DNA from: an uncultured Coriobacteriia bacterium
GTDB lineage: Bacteria > Actinomycetota > Coriobacteriia > Coriobacteriales > QAMH01
Length of the DNA: 64,000 bases
Assembly: GCA_948466335.1 (NCBI GenBank)
Contig: CAOKAE010000001.1
Location: 70,786-134,785, forward strand
Direction of reading: 5' to 3'
Both the position numbers and the translations under genes were made by a program. Below the pieces are notes generated by a model. It worked only from the letters and a program-made list of their open reading frames with translations, was not told the DNA's origin and ran no database searches. Of this stretch, positions 18,982-29,155 are shown piece by piece (positions within the stretch are counted from its first letter, which is position 1; each line of letters opens with the position of its first letter).

Positions 18982-19967
18982 AAAGCCTCCCTGATTTCCA
19001 AGAACATTGCGTCAATGGCAAGTTGTGGTGTCACATTATACGAGATGCGCGCAGAGGCCCCCTTGACGGCATCGAGCGCATCTATCAGCCCGGATACGCG
19101 CGTGGTCTGCGCCACCCGGGAAGTCTGGTCGGCGCATTCGGGATACGAAAGCAGTTCCGAGCTTCCCTCGCGCGTGACGAGGCAGTCACGCAACCAAGCC
19201 CGCGAGAGCGCGCAGAACTCGAAGAGGGCCGCACGCTCGTGGGCAGTCGCCTCGCGCTTGCCCGCGAGCTCGATCTGCTTCTTGGCTCCCTGCGAGAGGT
19301 AGTCATCGTACTTCTCGATGTAGGCCTCGGCATCGAGCCCGTCGTCGTCCATGGCAGCGGCTCGTTCGCGCGCGAGCTCGACGAAGCGCTTGGAGTTACC
19401 CAGCAGGGTGCGGTTGTCGCAGTTGAGGGAAAGGGCGTAGAGCATGTCGAAGACCTGGGCGTTTCCGGCACGTACGCCGGAGGCCGCGTTGAGGACGAGC
19501 ACCTCGCAACGGCTACGAAGGGTCTCGAGCACGGCGGACTCGCTCTTGGCCACGAGTATGCAGGTGACGTTGAGCGGCGGTTCCTCGAGGGTCTTGAGAA
19601 ACGCATTGGCCGGAGCGCCCGACAGGCGATGGGCATCCTGGATGACGTAGACCTTGTTCGTGGCGCGAATGGGAGCGAGCTCGGCATCATGGGTGAGCTC
19701 GCGAACCTGCTCGACGAGGTAGCCATCGGTGCCGCCGGGCGTGTAGACGTGCAGGTCGGGATGGACTCGGCGCAGGGCCTCGTCGAGGACCTGCGCATCA
19801 TCGTAGGCGATGAGACCGGCCGCGAAGCGCAACGCGATGTCGGCACCCGTCCCATCGGCACCACCTGCGATGAGGTAGGCGTGCGTGGCACTGCCCGTGT
19901 CGTGCACGTGCTGCAGGTACGATGTGACCTGGTCCTGTCCGATGATTCCCTCGAAGAGACTACTCAT
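18972..19967 (-). CDS. holB: DNA polymerase III delta-prime subunit
   Basis: IIGQ, HAYL, HPDL, ANAFLKTLEEPP, TLRSRC; tmk-holB-yaaT synteny. Confidence 0.88.
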   Translation of the reverse strand: MSSLFEGIIGQDQVTSYLQHVHDTGSATHAYLIAGGADGTGADIALRFAAGLIAYDDAQVLDEALRRVHPDLHVYTPGGTDGYLVEQVRELTHDAELAPIRATNKVYVIQDAHRLSGAPANAFLKTLEEPPLNVTCILVAKSESAVLETLRSRCEVLVLNAASGVRAGNAQVFDMLYALSLNCDNRTLLGNSKRFVELARERAAAMDDDGLDAEAYIEKYDDYLSQGAKKQIELAGKREATAHERAALFEFCALSRAWLRDCLVTREGSSELLSYPECADQTSRVAQTTRVSGLIDALDAVKGASARISYNVTPQLAIDAMFLEIREALCH

Positions 19968-20622
19968 CGCGACCACCCAGCAAGTCGGCGATGTCGGCGC
20001 AGATGCGCTCGTGCACCTGCGCGACGCTTCCGTTGGCGTCGATGACATGCACGCGCTGCGGCTCGGCAGCGGCTATCTCGTCGAAGCCCGCACGCAGGCG
20101 CGCGCGAAACGCATCGCCGGCGGATTCCATGCGATCGCCCGTGCCGTCAGTCGAGCGGTCCTCGACCCGTTCCCGTGCCACGCTCGGATCGAGCGCGAGC
20201 AGCAGGGTTCGCGTGGGATAACGGCCACCGCAGGCCAGATCGTTCGTCGCGCGGACGAGCTCTGCGCCCAGCTCGCGTCCGTAGCCCTGGTAGGCCAGAG
20301 TCGAATCGGTGAAGCGATCGCAGACGACGACCTCTCCGCGGGCGAGCGCCGGCTCGATGACCTCGCTCATCACCTGGGCGCGGGCCGCCTCGAAGAGCAG
20401 GAGCTCGGCGAGGGGCGCCATGGCGTCATCGTCCTTGTCCAGAAGCAGCGTGCGGATCTTCTCGCCCAGGCGCGTGCCGCCGGGCTCATGCACGCGCAAC
20501 ACCCCGTGGCCCCGCTTTTCGAGCCAGGCGGCGAGGAGGTCGGCCTGCGTCGACTTGCCGACGCCATCGTCACCTTCGAGCGTGAGGAACAGGCCCTCGT
20601 TGCTATCTGATTTGCCATCCAT
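19960..20622 (-). CDS. tmk: thymidylate kinase
   Basis: EGDDGVGKSTQ, HEPGGT, CDRFTDSTLAYQGYGR. Confidence 0.95.
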   Translation of the reverse strand: MDGKSDSNEGLFLTLEGDDGVGKSTQADLLAAWLEKRGHGVLRVHEPGGTRLGEKIRTLLLDKDDDAMAPLAELLLFEAARAQVMSEVIEPALARGEVVVCDRFTDSTLAYQGYGRELGAELVRATNDLACGGRYPTRTLLLALDPSVARERVEDRSTDGTGDRMESAGDAFRARLRAGFDEIAAAEPQRVHVIDANGSVAQVHERICADIADLLGGRDE

Positions 20623-20640
20623 GCGGATATGGTGCTCCGT

Positions 20641-23175
20641 CTACTTCTTGGCCGCGGTCTTCTTCTTTGCCGTGGACTTCTTCTTGGCCCCGCCGCTCGG
20701 CTTCTTGGCCTTCTCGGCCTTCTCCTTCTCGCGCTTGGGGCAGTTCATGTTCACGCAGATGCGCCACGGCCCGCGCGTCGTCGAGACGACGACCTCGGGA
20801 GCCCCGCATTCGTCGCAGACCTCGCCGGTGGCGGTGATGTCACCGCGCTGGGGCAGCGGATAGCTCACGTCGCACTGCTCGAAGTTCTCGCAGCGGATGA
20901 AGCGCTTGAGCGTGCGCGGGTTCTTCTGGGCGATGAGCTTGCCCTCGCGGCCGGCCTCCTTGCAGACCGCGCACTCTCCGACAACGATCTCCTCCATCTT
21001 GTTAGTGGGGCACTCGGGATCGAGGCAGTGGTTGTAGGCCTTCTGCCTGAAGGGCGTGACCTTGATCTGCGGGCCACCGCAGGTGGGGCACGGCTCCTCG
21101 AGGGCTTCGTAGCGGCCCTGGGGCAGCGGGTAGGTGACGTCGCAATCGGGCCAGTTGTTGCAGCCCACGAAGCTCGAACGCGTCTTGGCCGAGGTCTTCA
21201 CGCACAGGTCACCACCGCACTTGGGACAGGCGCCCACGCGGCTGTCGGCCGTGACGGCGTCGCTGATCATGTCCGCGATGGCGTCCTTCTCGGGAATGAG
21301 GGCCTCGATGATGCCGCCCAGCAGCTCACGCGAGTGCAGCACGACCTCGTCGCGCTGACGCTTGCCATCGGCGACCTGCGTCATCTCGCCTTCGAGCTCG
21401 GCGGTCATGTTGGGCGTGGTGATGGGCTCGGCGAACTTCTCGAGCGCGTCGATGATGGCGATGCCAAGCTGGGTGGGCTCGATGGGATCGTTCACGATGT
21501 AATGGCGGCTGTAGAGGCGCTCGATCATGTCGTGGCGCGTGGCCTTGGTGCCCAGGCCCTTGGCCTCCATCTCCTGCACGAGCTTGCCCGACGAGAAGCG
21601 CGCGGGCGGCTCGGTTTGCTTGCGAGCGCACTCGGCGTCCCAGAAGTCGAGCGTCTGACCCTCGGAAAGAGGCGGTATCTGCTCGTCCTTCTTGAGGCCG
21701 TAGGGGTACACGCTGCGATAGCCGGGCTCCACGAGCACGTCGCCGCGCGCGTTGAAGGGCTCGCCGGCGACATCGAGGCTGACCTTCGTCGACTCGAGGA
21801 CGGCGGGCTCGGACAGCGTCGCCATGAAGCGACGGCAGATGAGGCTGTAGAGCTTCCACTCCTCGGGGCGCAGCTTATCCGGATCGGCCGCACCTGTGGG
21901 ATAGATGGGCGGGTGGTCGGTCGTCTCCTGCTTGCCGCGGGTGGCGGTGAGCTTGTCCTTGGCCAGCAACGACTCGGCTCCCTCGCGGAAGTCGGGGACC
22001 TTGGCGAGGATATCCAGGACCTCACGCAGGTCGAGATTGTCGGGGTACACCGTGTTGTCAACGCGCGGGTACGAGGTGTAGCCGTTCATGTAGAGCGACT
22101 CGGCGATGCGCATGGTGCGCGCCGGCTTGATGCCGATGGAGCTTGCCGCTGCCATGAGCGAGGTGGTGTTGAACGGCGCGGGCGGATTGGACTTGCGGCG
22201 CTTCTTCTCGATGGCGCCGACCGTCGCCTCGCTCGTGCCGGATATGCGCGCCATGACGGCGTCGGCCTCGTCCTTGTCCTTGAAGCGCGCCGTGGCGTGC
22301 GTGGCGGTGAAGGCCTCGTCACGCGCGTCCTTGGGGGCGGCGTTGCCGGTGATGACCCAGTAGTCCTCGGGCACGAAGGCGTCGCGCTCCTTCTCGCGTT
22401 CGACCACGAGGGCAAGCGTCGGCGTCTGGACGCGGCCGGCGGAACGCGTGTTGCCGATGCCGCTGTACTTCACGCAGGTGAGGTAGCGCGTGAGCACGGC
22501 GCCCCAGATGAGGTCGATGTACTGGCGCGTCTCGCCCGCATGGGCGAGGTCATAGTCGAGCGTGGTGAGCTTGGCCGGCGAAAACGCGTCCTCGATCTCC
22601 TTCTTCACGAAGGCCGAATAGCGCGAACGCGTGATGGGGGCGGTCTCGTTCACCTCGCGCACCACCGAGATGGCGTCAAGGCCGATGAGCTCGCCTTCGC
22701 GGTCGAAGTCCGTGGCTATGACGATTTCGTCGGCCTTCTTGGCGAGGTTCTTGAGCGAGCGGATGATGTCCTTCTCGGCGGGAAGCTTGATGATGGGCGC
22801 GTAGGTGAGGTAGGGCAGCGACGGGATCTTCCAGCCCTTGAGGTTGATGCCCTCGGGCATGTAGGGGCGACGCTTGGACTTCCACGGCGGCGTGGGGAGG
22901 TCCTTGGGGACGTCCGGCGCGTCGATGGTCTCGCCGCTTTCCTCGAGGCCCATCCACCCGTTCTTCTTCTTGTAGACGAGCTCCTGCGGGAAGTCGAGGC
23001 CGAGGATGTGGCCCTTGAGACCGATGGCGACGCATTCGTGGCCATCGCGGTTAAAACGATATACGGGGGTGTTGTAGACCTTGTCCGTCTCGGGCTTGCC
23101 GCCTTGGGCGAGAAGACGGGAGATCTGCTGGGCTGCGATGTTCTTCTCGGTAATGATCAGTTCCATGTTGTCCAT
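20641..23175 (-). CDS. topA: type IA DNA topoisomerase with C-terminal Zn ribbons
   Basis: LIITEK TOPRIM, ATDFDREGE, SAGRVQTP, GYTSYPR, GLGTKATR, CxxC repeats. Confidence 0.92.
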   Translation of the reverse strand: MDNMELIITEKNIAAQQISRLLAQGGKPETDKVYNTPVYRFNRDGHECVAIGLKGHILGLDFPQELVYKKKNGWMGLEESGETIDAPDVPKDLPTPPWKSKRRPYMPEGINLKGWKIPSLPYLTYAPIIKLPAEKDIIRSLKNLAKKADEIVIATDFDREGELIGLDAISVVREVNETAPITRSRYSAFVKKEIEDAFSPAKLTTLDYDLAHAGETRQYIDLIWGAVLTRYLTCVKYSGIGNTRSAGRVQTPTLALVVEREKERDAFVPEDYWVITGNAAPKDARDEAFTATHATARFKDKDEADAVMARISGTSEATVGAIEKKRRKSNPPAPFNTTSLMAAASSIGIKPARTMRIAESLYMNGYTSYPRVDNTVYPDNLDLREVLDILAKVPDFREGAESLLAKDKLTATRGKQETTDHPPIYPTGAADPDKLRPEEWKLYSLICRRFMATLSEPAVLESTKVSLDVAGEPFNARGDVLVEPGYRSVYPYGLKKDEQIPPLSEGQTLDFWDAECARKQTEPPARFSSGKLVQEMEAKGLGTKATRHDMIERLYSRHYIVNDPIEPTQLGIAIIDALEKFAEPITTPNMTAELEGEMTQVADGKRQRDEVVLHSRELLGGIIEALIPEKDAIADMISDAVTADSRVGACPKCGGDLCVKTSAKTRSSFVGCNNWPDCDVTYPLPQGRYEALEEPCPTCGGPQIKVTPFRQKAYNHCLDPECPTNKMEEIVVGECAVCKEAGREGKLIAQKNPRTLKRFIRCENFEQCDVSYPLPQRGDITATGEVCDECGAPEVVVSTTRGPWRICVNMNCPKREKEKAEKAKKPSGGAKKKSTAKKKTAAKK

Positions 23176-23211
23176 CACTCACTCATTTTTGCTGCGTATC
23201 TGAAGACAGCT

Positions 23212-24114
23212 ATGGCTTACAATTACCCGCGGAGACAAGCGGGCGGGGCCGGAAGGCCTCAGTTGCACGATTTTAACCATATATATAAGGTTCTGGCTAC
23301 CTCCATTTTGGAAACGATTAGCCCCACGCGCTGTGTCGCGTGCGACGTTCCCGGCGACGTGCTTTGCCCGAGCTGCGCCTCATCCCTCCCCTTCATCGAC
23401 CTGTCGCTTGCGTGCCCCCGTTGCGGGGCGCCCTACGGCCGCGCACTGTGTACCGAATGCCCCATGCCCGGCAGCGAAGAGGCATTGCTGCATCCCGAGG
23501 AGGCGTTCCCGTTTGCGCGGGCGCGGGCGACGCTGTCGTTCGAAGGTGGTGCGAAGAAGATCATCCGCACATACAAGGACGGCGACGAGCTGCGCCTCGA
23601 TGCCGTGATCGCGTCGCTGCTGTGCGCCGCCATCCGGGGGAGAATGAGACAATTTGGTCAGACACATTTGTCTCATTTTCTAACTGTGCCAGTTGATAAT
23701 GAGACAGATTGGTCAGACACATCTGTCTCATCATCAGCGCTCGAGGACTGGTCGCACTGGGCCAGCGCACTCGCGTACGTTCCGGCATCGCCCGAGGCGG
23801 TGCGGCGGCGTGACTTCGACCACATGGAGCGCGTGGCGATACGCGTGGCCGCACGCACGGGGTTGCCGCTGGCACACCTGCTCACGAGCGAGCGCAAGAC
23901 TCACGACCAACGGGAACTCGGCCGCGGCGAGCGCTTTGCGAATCGAAACGGGTCATTTTCGCTGGCAGTGGATACGACGGGCCCGATACCGCGGCGAATC
24001 ATCCTCATCGACGACGTCTTCACGACGGGAGCAACGCTCTCGGCGGCATCGCGGGTGCTCCTCGACGGCGGAGCCGAGGAGGTGAGGGCGGTGACGTGCT
24101 GCAGAGTTTGGTGA
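23212..24114 (+). CDS. comF: ComF/ComFC family phosphoribosyltransferase-like protein
   Basis: CVAC...LCPSC, CPRCG...LCTEC, RRRDFDH, ILIDDVFTTGATL; start codon uncertain; contains an in-frame REP doublet. Confidence 0.85.
   Translation: MAYNYPRRQAGGAGRPQLHDFNHIYKVLATSILETISPTRCVACDVPGDVLCPSCASSLPFIDLSLACPRCGAPYGRALCTECPMPGSEEALLHPEEAFPFARARATLSFEGGAKKIIRTYKDGDELRLDAVIASLLCAAIRGRMRQFGQTHLSHFLTVPVDNETDWSDTSVSSSALEDWSHWASALAYVPASPEAVRRRDFDHMERVAIRVAARTGLPLAHLLTSERKTHDQRELGRGERFANRNGSFSLAVDTTGPIPRRIILIDDVFTTGATLSAASRVLLDGGAEEVRAVTCCRVW
23643..23732. repeat. REP doublet in frame within comF
   Basis: Copies 23643-23677 and 23698-23732 with a 20-bp linker. Confidence 0.95.
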
Positions 24115-24196
24115 CTAGACAATGACTTGACAGACGAATGGCTGTCTCATTCCGCGACACCTGCCAGCAAACGAGACAGCTGTTTGTCTGACCAAT
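24114..24196. repeat. decayed REP pair upstream of the RAYT gene
   Basis: actagaca...gacagac...tgtctcatt (24114-24151) and aacgagaca...tgtctgaccaa (24170-24196). Confidence 0.7.
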
Positions 24197-24217
24197 CGAA
24201 AAGAGAAAGGAAGGAAC

Positions 24218-24967
24218 ATGGGTAGAGTCAGATTGAAATGCGAAGGTGACGTTTACCATATCGTCTCTCGCGGCAATGGACGGCAGATTATCTTCGAAGA
24301 TGACGAGGACCGCCGATTCTTTATCCGCACGCTACATGATTATTGGGACGAGGCACACCTGGAGCTTTACGCCTGGTGCCTTATGGAAAACCACTTCCAC
24401 CTGCTTGTTCACGGGAACACAGAAGACATCTCCATAGGCATGAAAAAACTGTGCAGCGTCTATGCACGCCGATTCAACAAAAGGACTGGTCGGGTTGGGC
24501 ATCTGTTCCAGGACAGATACGACAGCGAGCCAATTGATAGCGAGGCCTATCTACTTTCGGTCATCCGCTATATACACAAGAATCCGGAGAAAGGCGGCAT
24601 CGCGCCCATGAGCACCTATGGCTGGTCAAGCTATCAGGAATATCTCGGACGTCCGACAATCTGCAAGACGGATTTCGCCCTAGATGTTTTTGGCGGAAGG
24701 GAGCAGTTTCTGCTCTTTCACGAGGAAAGACGTATGGAGGAACGTGCGGGATGCGTCCGGATAATCGAAGGCGGTAGCAGTGTTGAAGATGACCGAAGAA
24801 AGCAAGCCGAGGAGATACTAGGGGATATACGGCTAGCGGATCTGAAGACACTTCCAAGATCCAACCGAAACAAGCACCTCAGACTACTCAAAGAGACGGG
24901 GCTTTCGATTCGTGAAATAGAACGCTACACGGGCATAGGCAGAAACATAATCTCACGTGCGCAATGA
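24218..24967 (+). mobile_element. REP-associated tyrosine transposase (RAYT; HUH Y1 family) with C-terminal HTH
   Basis: YHIVSRGN, CLMENHFHLLV (HUH), GHLFQDRY, YIHKNP (catalytic Tyr), WSSY; HTH GLSIREIERYTGIGRNIIS; visibly lower GC than neighbours; REP copies on both sides. Confidence 0.92.
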
Positions 24968-25052
24968 GACAAACTTGTCTGACCAATTTGTCTCATTATC
25001 TGCCTGTACCTACTGGAAATGAGACAAGTGTGTCTGACCAAACTGTCTCATT
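24963..25052. repeat. REP doublet carrying the stop codons of both convergent genes
   Basis: Copies 24963-24997 (RAYT TGA 24965-67) and 25018-25052 (NhaC stop 25048-50). Confidence 0.95.
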
Positions 25053-26355
25053 TCTTCTTGCGGCCGCTGAAGGCGATGCTCACGAGCACGCAGGCGAGCA
25101 ATAGGAACTGGTAGAACAAAAACGGCATGATCTCGACGCTTGCGATGCCGGCGAGGCTCGCTGCGACGAGAAGCTGCGCGCCGTAGGGGATGAGACCCTG
25201 GCCGATGCAGCTGAAGATGTCGATGAGGCTCGCCACGCGCACGGGCTCGATGCCGTACTTCTCGCCGATGTGTTTGGCGATGGGGCCCGCCACGACGATG
25301 GCGACCGTGTTGTTCGCGCAGGCGACGTCGAGCAGCAGCGTGAGCAGACCGCAGCCGAGCTCCCCGCCGCGCTTGCCCGTGAAGTGACGCTTGATGAAGG
25401 CGAGCACCGAGGCGAATCCGCCGTACTCGTCCATGAGGGCGCTGATCGAAGCCACCAGAATCGTGACGATCATCGTCTCGAACATGCCGCTCGTGCCCGT
25501 TCCCATCGCCGAGAACGCGGTCGCGAAATCGAGCGTCCCGGTCGCGACGCCCACGATGGCGAAGAGCACGATGCCTCCGCCCAGCACGACGAAGACGTTG
25601 ATGCCGCACAACGCGGCGATGAGCACGGCGAAATAGGGAATCGCCTGCCAGACGTTGTAGTCGAAGTCCTCGAGCGTCGGTTCGCCGGCCATGAGCGCCA
25701 TCACGATGAGGATGCCGAGCGTGATGAGCGCCGCAGGCAGCGCGATGCGGAAGTTGTTGAAGAACTTGTCCTTCATCGCAACGCCCTGCGTGCGCGTCGC
25801 CGCGATGGTGGTATCCGAGATGAACGAGAGGTTGTCGCCGAACATCGCGCCACCCACGACAGTGCCCACGCACAGCGGCAGGTTGAATCCGGCGCTCGTC
25901 GCGACCGTGACCGCGATCGGCGTCAGCACCGTGATGGTGCCCACGCTCGTGCCCATGGCCAACGAGATGACGCAGGCGATGACGAAGAGGCCGGGTATGG
26001 CGACCTGCGCCGGCAGGATGTCGAGGAAGAGGTTCGCCGTGCTCTCGGCACCGCCCGCCGCGCTCGCGATGCCCGAGAACGCGCCGGCCATGAGGAAGAT
26101 GAAGAGCATGATGACGATGTTATCGTCACCTATGCCGCGCGCGCAGACGTGTATTTTCTCGTCAAAGGAAAGCGAGCGGTTCTGCAGCAGTGCGACGATG
26201 AGCGCGATGACGAACGCCACGACGACGCTCACCACGTAAAAGCCCATCTGGCCCTCGGCGGGCGCGATGTACTCGAAGTAGATGCCGCATCCGAGGTACA
26301 GCACCAGGAAGACGGCGATGGGCAATAGGGCCCTTGCATTTGGCTTCTTATCCAT
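25048..26355 (-). CDS. NhaC-family transporter (possibly a methionine/amino-acid transporter)
   Basis: SLAMGTSVGT, GGAMFGDNLSFISDTTI, IPYGAQ; divergent from mtnA; substrate is inference. Confidence 0.85.
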   Translation of the reverse strand: MDKKPNARALLPIAVFLVLYLGCGIYFEYIAPAEGQMGFYVVSVVVAFVIALIVALLQNRSLSFDEKIHVCARGIGDDNIVIMLFIFLMAGAFSGIASAAGGAESTANLFLDILPAQVAIPGLFVIACVISLAMGTSVGTITVLTPIAVTVATSAGFNLPLCVGTVVGGAMFGDNLSFISDTTIAATRTQGVAMKDKFFNNFRIALPAALITLGILIVMALMAGEPTLEDFDYNVWQAIPYFAVLIAALCGINVFVVLGGGIVLFAIVGVATGTLDFATAFSAMGTGTSGMFETMIVTILVASISALMDEYGGFASVLAFIKRHFTGKRGGELGCGLLTLLLDVACANNTVAIVVAGPIAKHIGEKYGIEPVRVASLIDIFSCIGQGLIPYGAQLLVAASLAGIASVEIMPFLFYQFLLLACVLVSIAFSGRKKK

Positions 26356-26461
26356 GCCGCACATGATAGACAAACTATCGTCTGGCGTGAACCCGCCGTA
26401 TACGGGCGCTTGGTGGTATCATCCGCCTAAGTGTTTTTACGTGAAGGCGGTGCGAACTAGC

Positions 26462-27625
26462 ATGGTGGGAGAGAATCTTCCGCGTTCCCTGAAATGGCAA
26501 CCGGCGCTCGAGGGATGGGTTCCCAGTGCGCTGACCACGGCAAATCTCGACGATGCGGCGGCAAGGCTGACGGTGCTCGACCAGCGCCTGCTTCCCTATT
26601 CGATCGAGTACATCGACTGCTTCACCTCCAAGCAGGTATGCGATGCGATCGAGGAGCTTGCCGTGCGCGGCGCTCCGGCCATCGGCATCGCCGGCGCATT
26701 CGCCCTCGTGCTCTGGGCCAAGAACGAGTGGCCCGTCATTCGCGAGGCAAAGCGCCAGGCCAACCCCAAGAGCGACGTCGATTCCGTCACGGTGTTCGCG
26801 AGCAAGCTCGAGCAACGCGGACGCGAGATCGCGGCGGTGCGCCCGACGGCGGTCAACCTCGCCTGGGCGATCAACGAGCTCGTGGCACCGGCGCGCATGG
26901 CGGCCTACCAGGGCGGTAGCGTCGACAAGATTACCGAGGACCTCGAGGAGCAGGCCTGCCAGCTCATGGAGGACGAAATCTACTCCTGCAAGCTCATCGG
27001 CGAAAACGGTGCCGTCATCATCTCCACGCTCGCGCAGCGCCTCGGGCGCCCCCTGCGCATCGAGACGCACTGCAACGCCGGTGCGCTCGCCACCGCCGCC
27101 TGGGGAACGGCGACATCGATCATCTACCACGCCTTCGAGAACGGCGACATCGAGAAGGTCTGGGTTGACGAGACCCGTCCCGTCGAGCAGGGCTCGCGAC
27201 TCACGGCCTGGGAACTCGAGCAGGCGGGCGTGCCCTACACGCTCATCTGCGACAACATGGCCGGGTCCATCATGGGCCAGGGACTCGTGGACGCCGTCAT
27301 CGTCGGAGCCGACCGCGTCTGCGCCAACGGTGACGTGGCGAACAAGATCGGCACCTATCCGCTGGCCGTCGTCTCGAGCTATCACGGCGTGCCGTTCTTC
27401 GTCGCGGCGCCCCATTCGACCTTCGACAAATCGCTGGTCACGGGTGATGAGGTCGTTATAGAGCAACGCGACGAGACCGAGGTGCGCTGCATGCCCTACG
27501 GCCATCAGTGGCTCCCCATCGCCCCGACCGAATGCGACGTCTTCAACCCCGCCTTCGACATCACGCCCAACGAGCTCATCACCGGCGTCATCACCGAGAC
27601 CGGCATCGAATTCGCCGGCGAATGA
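26462..27625 (+). CDS. mtnA: methylthioribose-1-phosphate isomerase
   Basis: LDQRLLP, VRGAPAIG, RPTAVNL, THCNAGALAT, DETRP, NGDVANKIGTY, NPAFDITP. Confidence 0.93.
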   Translation: MVGENLPRSLKWQPALEGWVPSALTTANLDDAAARLTVLDQRLLPYSIEYIDCFTSKQVCDAIEELAVRGAPAIGIAGAFALVLWAKNEWPVIREAKRQANPKSDVDSVTVFASKLEQRGREIAAVRPTAVNLAWAINELVAPARMAAYQGGSVDKITEDLEEQACQLMEDEIYSCKLIGENGAVIISTLAQRLGRPLRIETHCNAGALATAAWGTATSIIYHAFENGDIEKVWVDETRPVEQGSRLTAWELEQAGVPYTLICDNMAGSIMGQGLVDAVIVGADRVCANGDVANKIGTYPLAVVSSYHGVPFFVAAPHSTFDKSLVTGDEVVIEQRDETEVRCMPYGHQWLPIAPTECDVFNPAFDITPNELITGVITETGIEFAGE

Positions 27626-27710
27626 GACAGTTTCGTCTGACCAACCTGTCTCATTATCTACATGTTCCTGCTAGAAATGAGACAAATTGGTCAGACGTGT
27701 TTGTCTCATT
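27621..27710. repeat. REP doublet (first copy supplies the mtnA stop)
   Basis: Copies 27621-27655 and 27676-27710; extra arm tttgtctcat at 27721-27730. Confidence 0.95.
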
Positions 27711-27825
27711 CTGCAGGGCATTTGTCTCATGCCGCTTGCCCACGGTGGGTCGTTTCCCCAGTTCGCATGTGATAAAGTAGCGAGCTTGCAGGGAAATCGG
27801 ACGTTGTCATGCAAAGGATGTCTTC

Positions 27826-28392
27826 GTGTTCGGAATCAGTGGCACGGAACTGGTGATTATCCTGTTCTTCGGTTTCCTCATCTTCGGACCGGAGAAGCTG
27901 CCCCAGATGGGGCGCACCGTGGGACGGGCAATCAGGCAGTTCAGGAACGCCTCCGAGGCGGCCAACAAGAAGTTCAAGGAAGAGGTCGCCGACCCCTTCC
28001 AGGAGGCCATCGCGCCCTATAAGGACCAGGTCGAGGAATCGACCAAGCCCATCCAGGAAGACATCTCCGCCATCACCGACACCCTCAACGAGACGAAGAG
28101 CATGTTCACCGACCCGTTCAAGGACATGTTCGGTACCTCGACGAACGCTCCCGCGAGCAAGCCCGGTGCCGCCATCTCCGGCGGCGTGCCCGGCGAGCCT
28201 CCCGCTCCCGTGACCACGTCCGCGGCAAAGCCCGCCGCGGCCGTTCCCGAAGACCCCTTCGCAGCGGTGCTCGATGACGCGCCCGCCCCCCAACCCGAGG
28301 GCAAGCCCATTCCCGAGGCTGGCGGCGCCGTCAAGAAGCAGAGCATGGCCGCAAGCCTCTATGACCTCGATGACGAGAAGGGTGGTGAGTGA
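27826..28392 (+). CDS. twin-arginine translocase TatA/TatB subunit
   Basis: MFGISGTELVIILFFGFLIFGPEKLPQMGRTVGRAIRQF. Confidence 0.88.
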   Translation: MFGISGTELVIILFFGFLIFGPEKLPQMGRTVGRAIRQFRNASEAANKKFKEEVADPFQEAIAPYKDQVEESTKPIQEDISAITDTLNETKSMFTDPFKDMFGTSTNAPASKPGAAISGGVPGEPPAPVTTSAAKPAAAVPEDPFAAVLDDAPAPQPEGKPIPEAGGAVKKQSMAASLYDLDDEKGGE

Positions 28393-29155
28393 CGTGCCCA
28401 TCGGACCCGCGCGCATGCCGCTCATGGACCACATCGGCGAACTGCGCCGCCGCATCGTCATCATCGTCGTCGCCCTGGCGGTCACGGTGTGCTTCATGTA
28501 CCTGCTCGCGCCGTACCTCATTGACTTCCTCATCTTGCCCGTGAGCGATTACGTGCAGGAAGTCTACGTGACCGGTGCGTTCGAGGGCTTTTCGCTGAAG
28601 TTTCGCGTCGCGCTCTTCATGGCCGTGCTCGTGTGCAGCCCGCTCATCTTCTGGGAACTGCTCGCGTTCTTCCTGCCGGCCTTGCGCCCCAACGAGCGTC
28701 GCTACGTGCTGCCGACCTTCTTCATCGCCGTCGCGCTCTACGTCCTGGGCATGGTCTTCTGCTACTGCTTCTGCCTGAACCCCGCATTCCAGTTCCTCAC
28801 GACCGAGAGCATGTCCATCGGCCAGATTCTGCCGCAGGCCACCGATTACCTGCATTACATCATCCTGTTCGAGCTCGCCTTTGGCCTGGCCTTCGAGCTG
28901 CCCCTCGTGGTGTTCTTCCTCATCCTGTTCAACATCGTCCCGTACAAGAAGATGCGCGCCAGCTGGCGTGGCATCTACGTCGGCTTGCTCGTGGTTTCCG
29001 CCGTCGTGACGCCGGATGCGTCACCGGTGACGATGGGCATCATGTTCGCCGCGCTGCTCGCCCTCTACGAGCTGTCGCTTGCGGCCGCGCGCATCGCGCT
29101 TGCGCGCAAGATCAAGCGCCAGCGTGCCGAGGAAGAAGCGGAGATGGCCGCATAA
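28385..29155 (+). CDS. tatC: twin-arginine translocase TatC
   Basis: MPLMDHIGELRRR, FFLPALRPNE, FGLAFELP, VVTPDASP. Confidence 0.93.
   Translation: MSDVPIGPARMPLMDHIGELRRRIVIIVVALAVTVCFMYLLAPYLIDFLILPVSDYVQEVYVTGAFEGFSLKFRVALFMAVLVCSPLIFWELLAFFLPALRPNERRYVLPTFFIAVALYVLGMVFCYCFCLNPAFQFLTTESMSIGQILPQATDYLHYIILFELAFGLAFELPLVVFFLILFNIVPYKKMRASWRGIYVGLLVVSAVVTPDASPVTMGIMFAALLALYELSLAAARIALARKIKRQRAEEEAEMAA

Noticed and set aside
20629-24114. 1161-aa plus-strand ORF
   Set aside because: Antisense shadow of topA running into comF; only the part from about 23212 is credible
24218-24967. IS200/IS605 element with TnpB
   Set aside because: No tnpB; length, GHLFQDRY/NP motifs, C-terminal HTH and flanking REPs fit a RAYT better
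26356-26461. SAM/SAH riboswitch or T-box before NhaC, mtnA or ahcY
   Set aside because: No recognisable conserved aptamer blocks; intergenic regions are short
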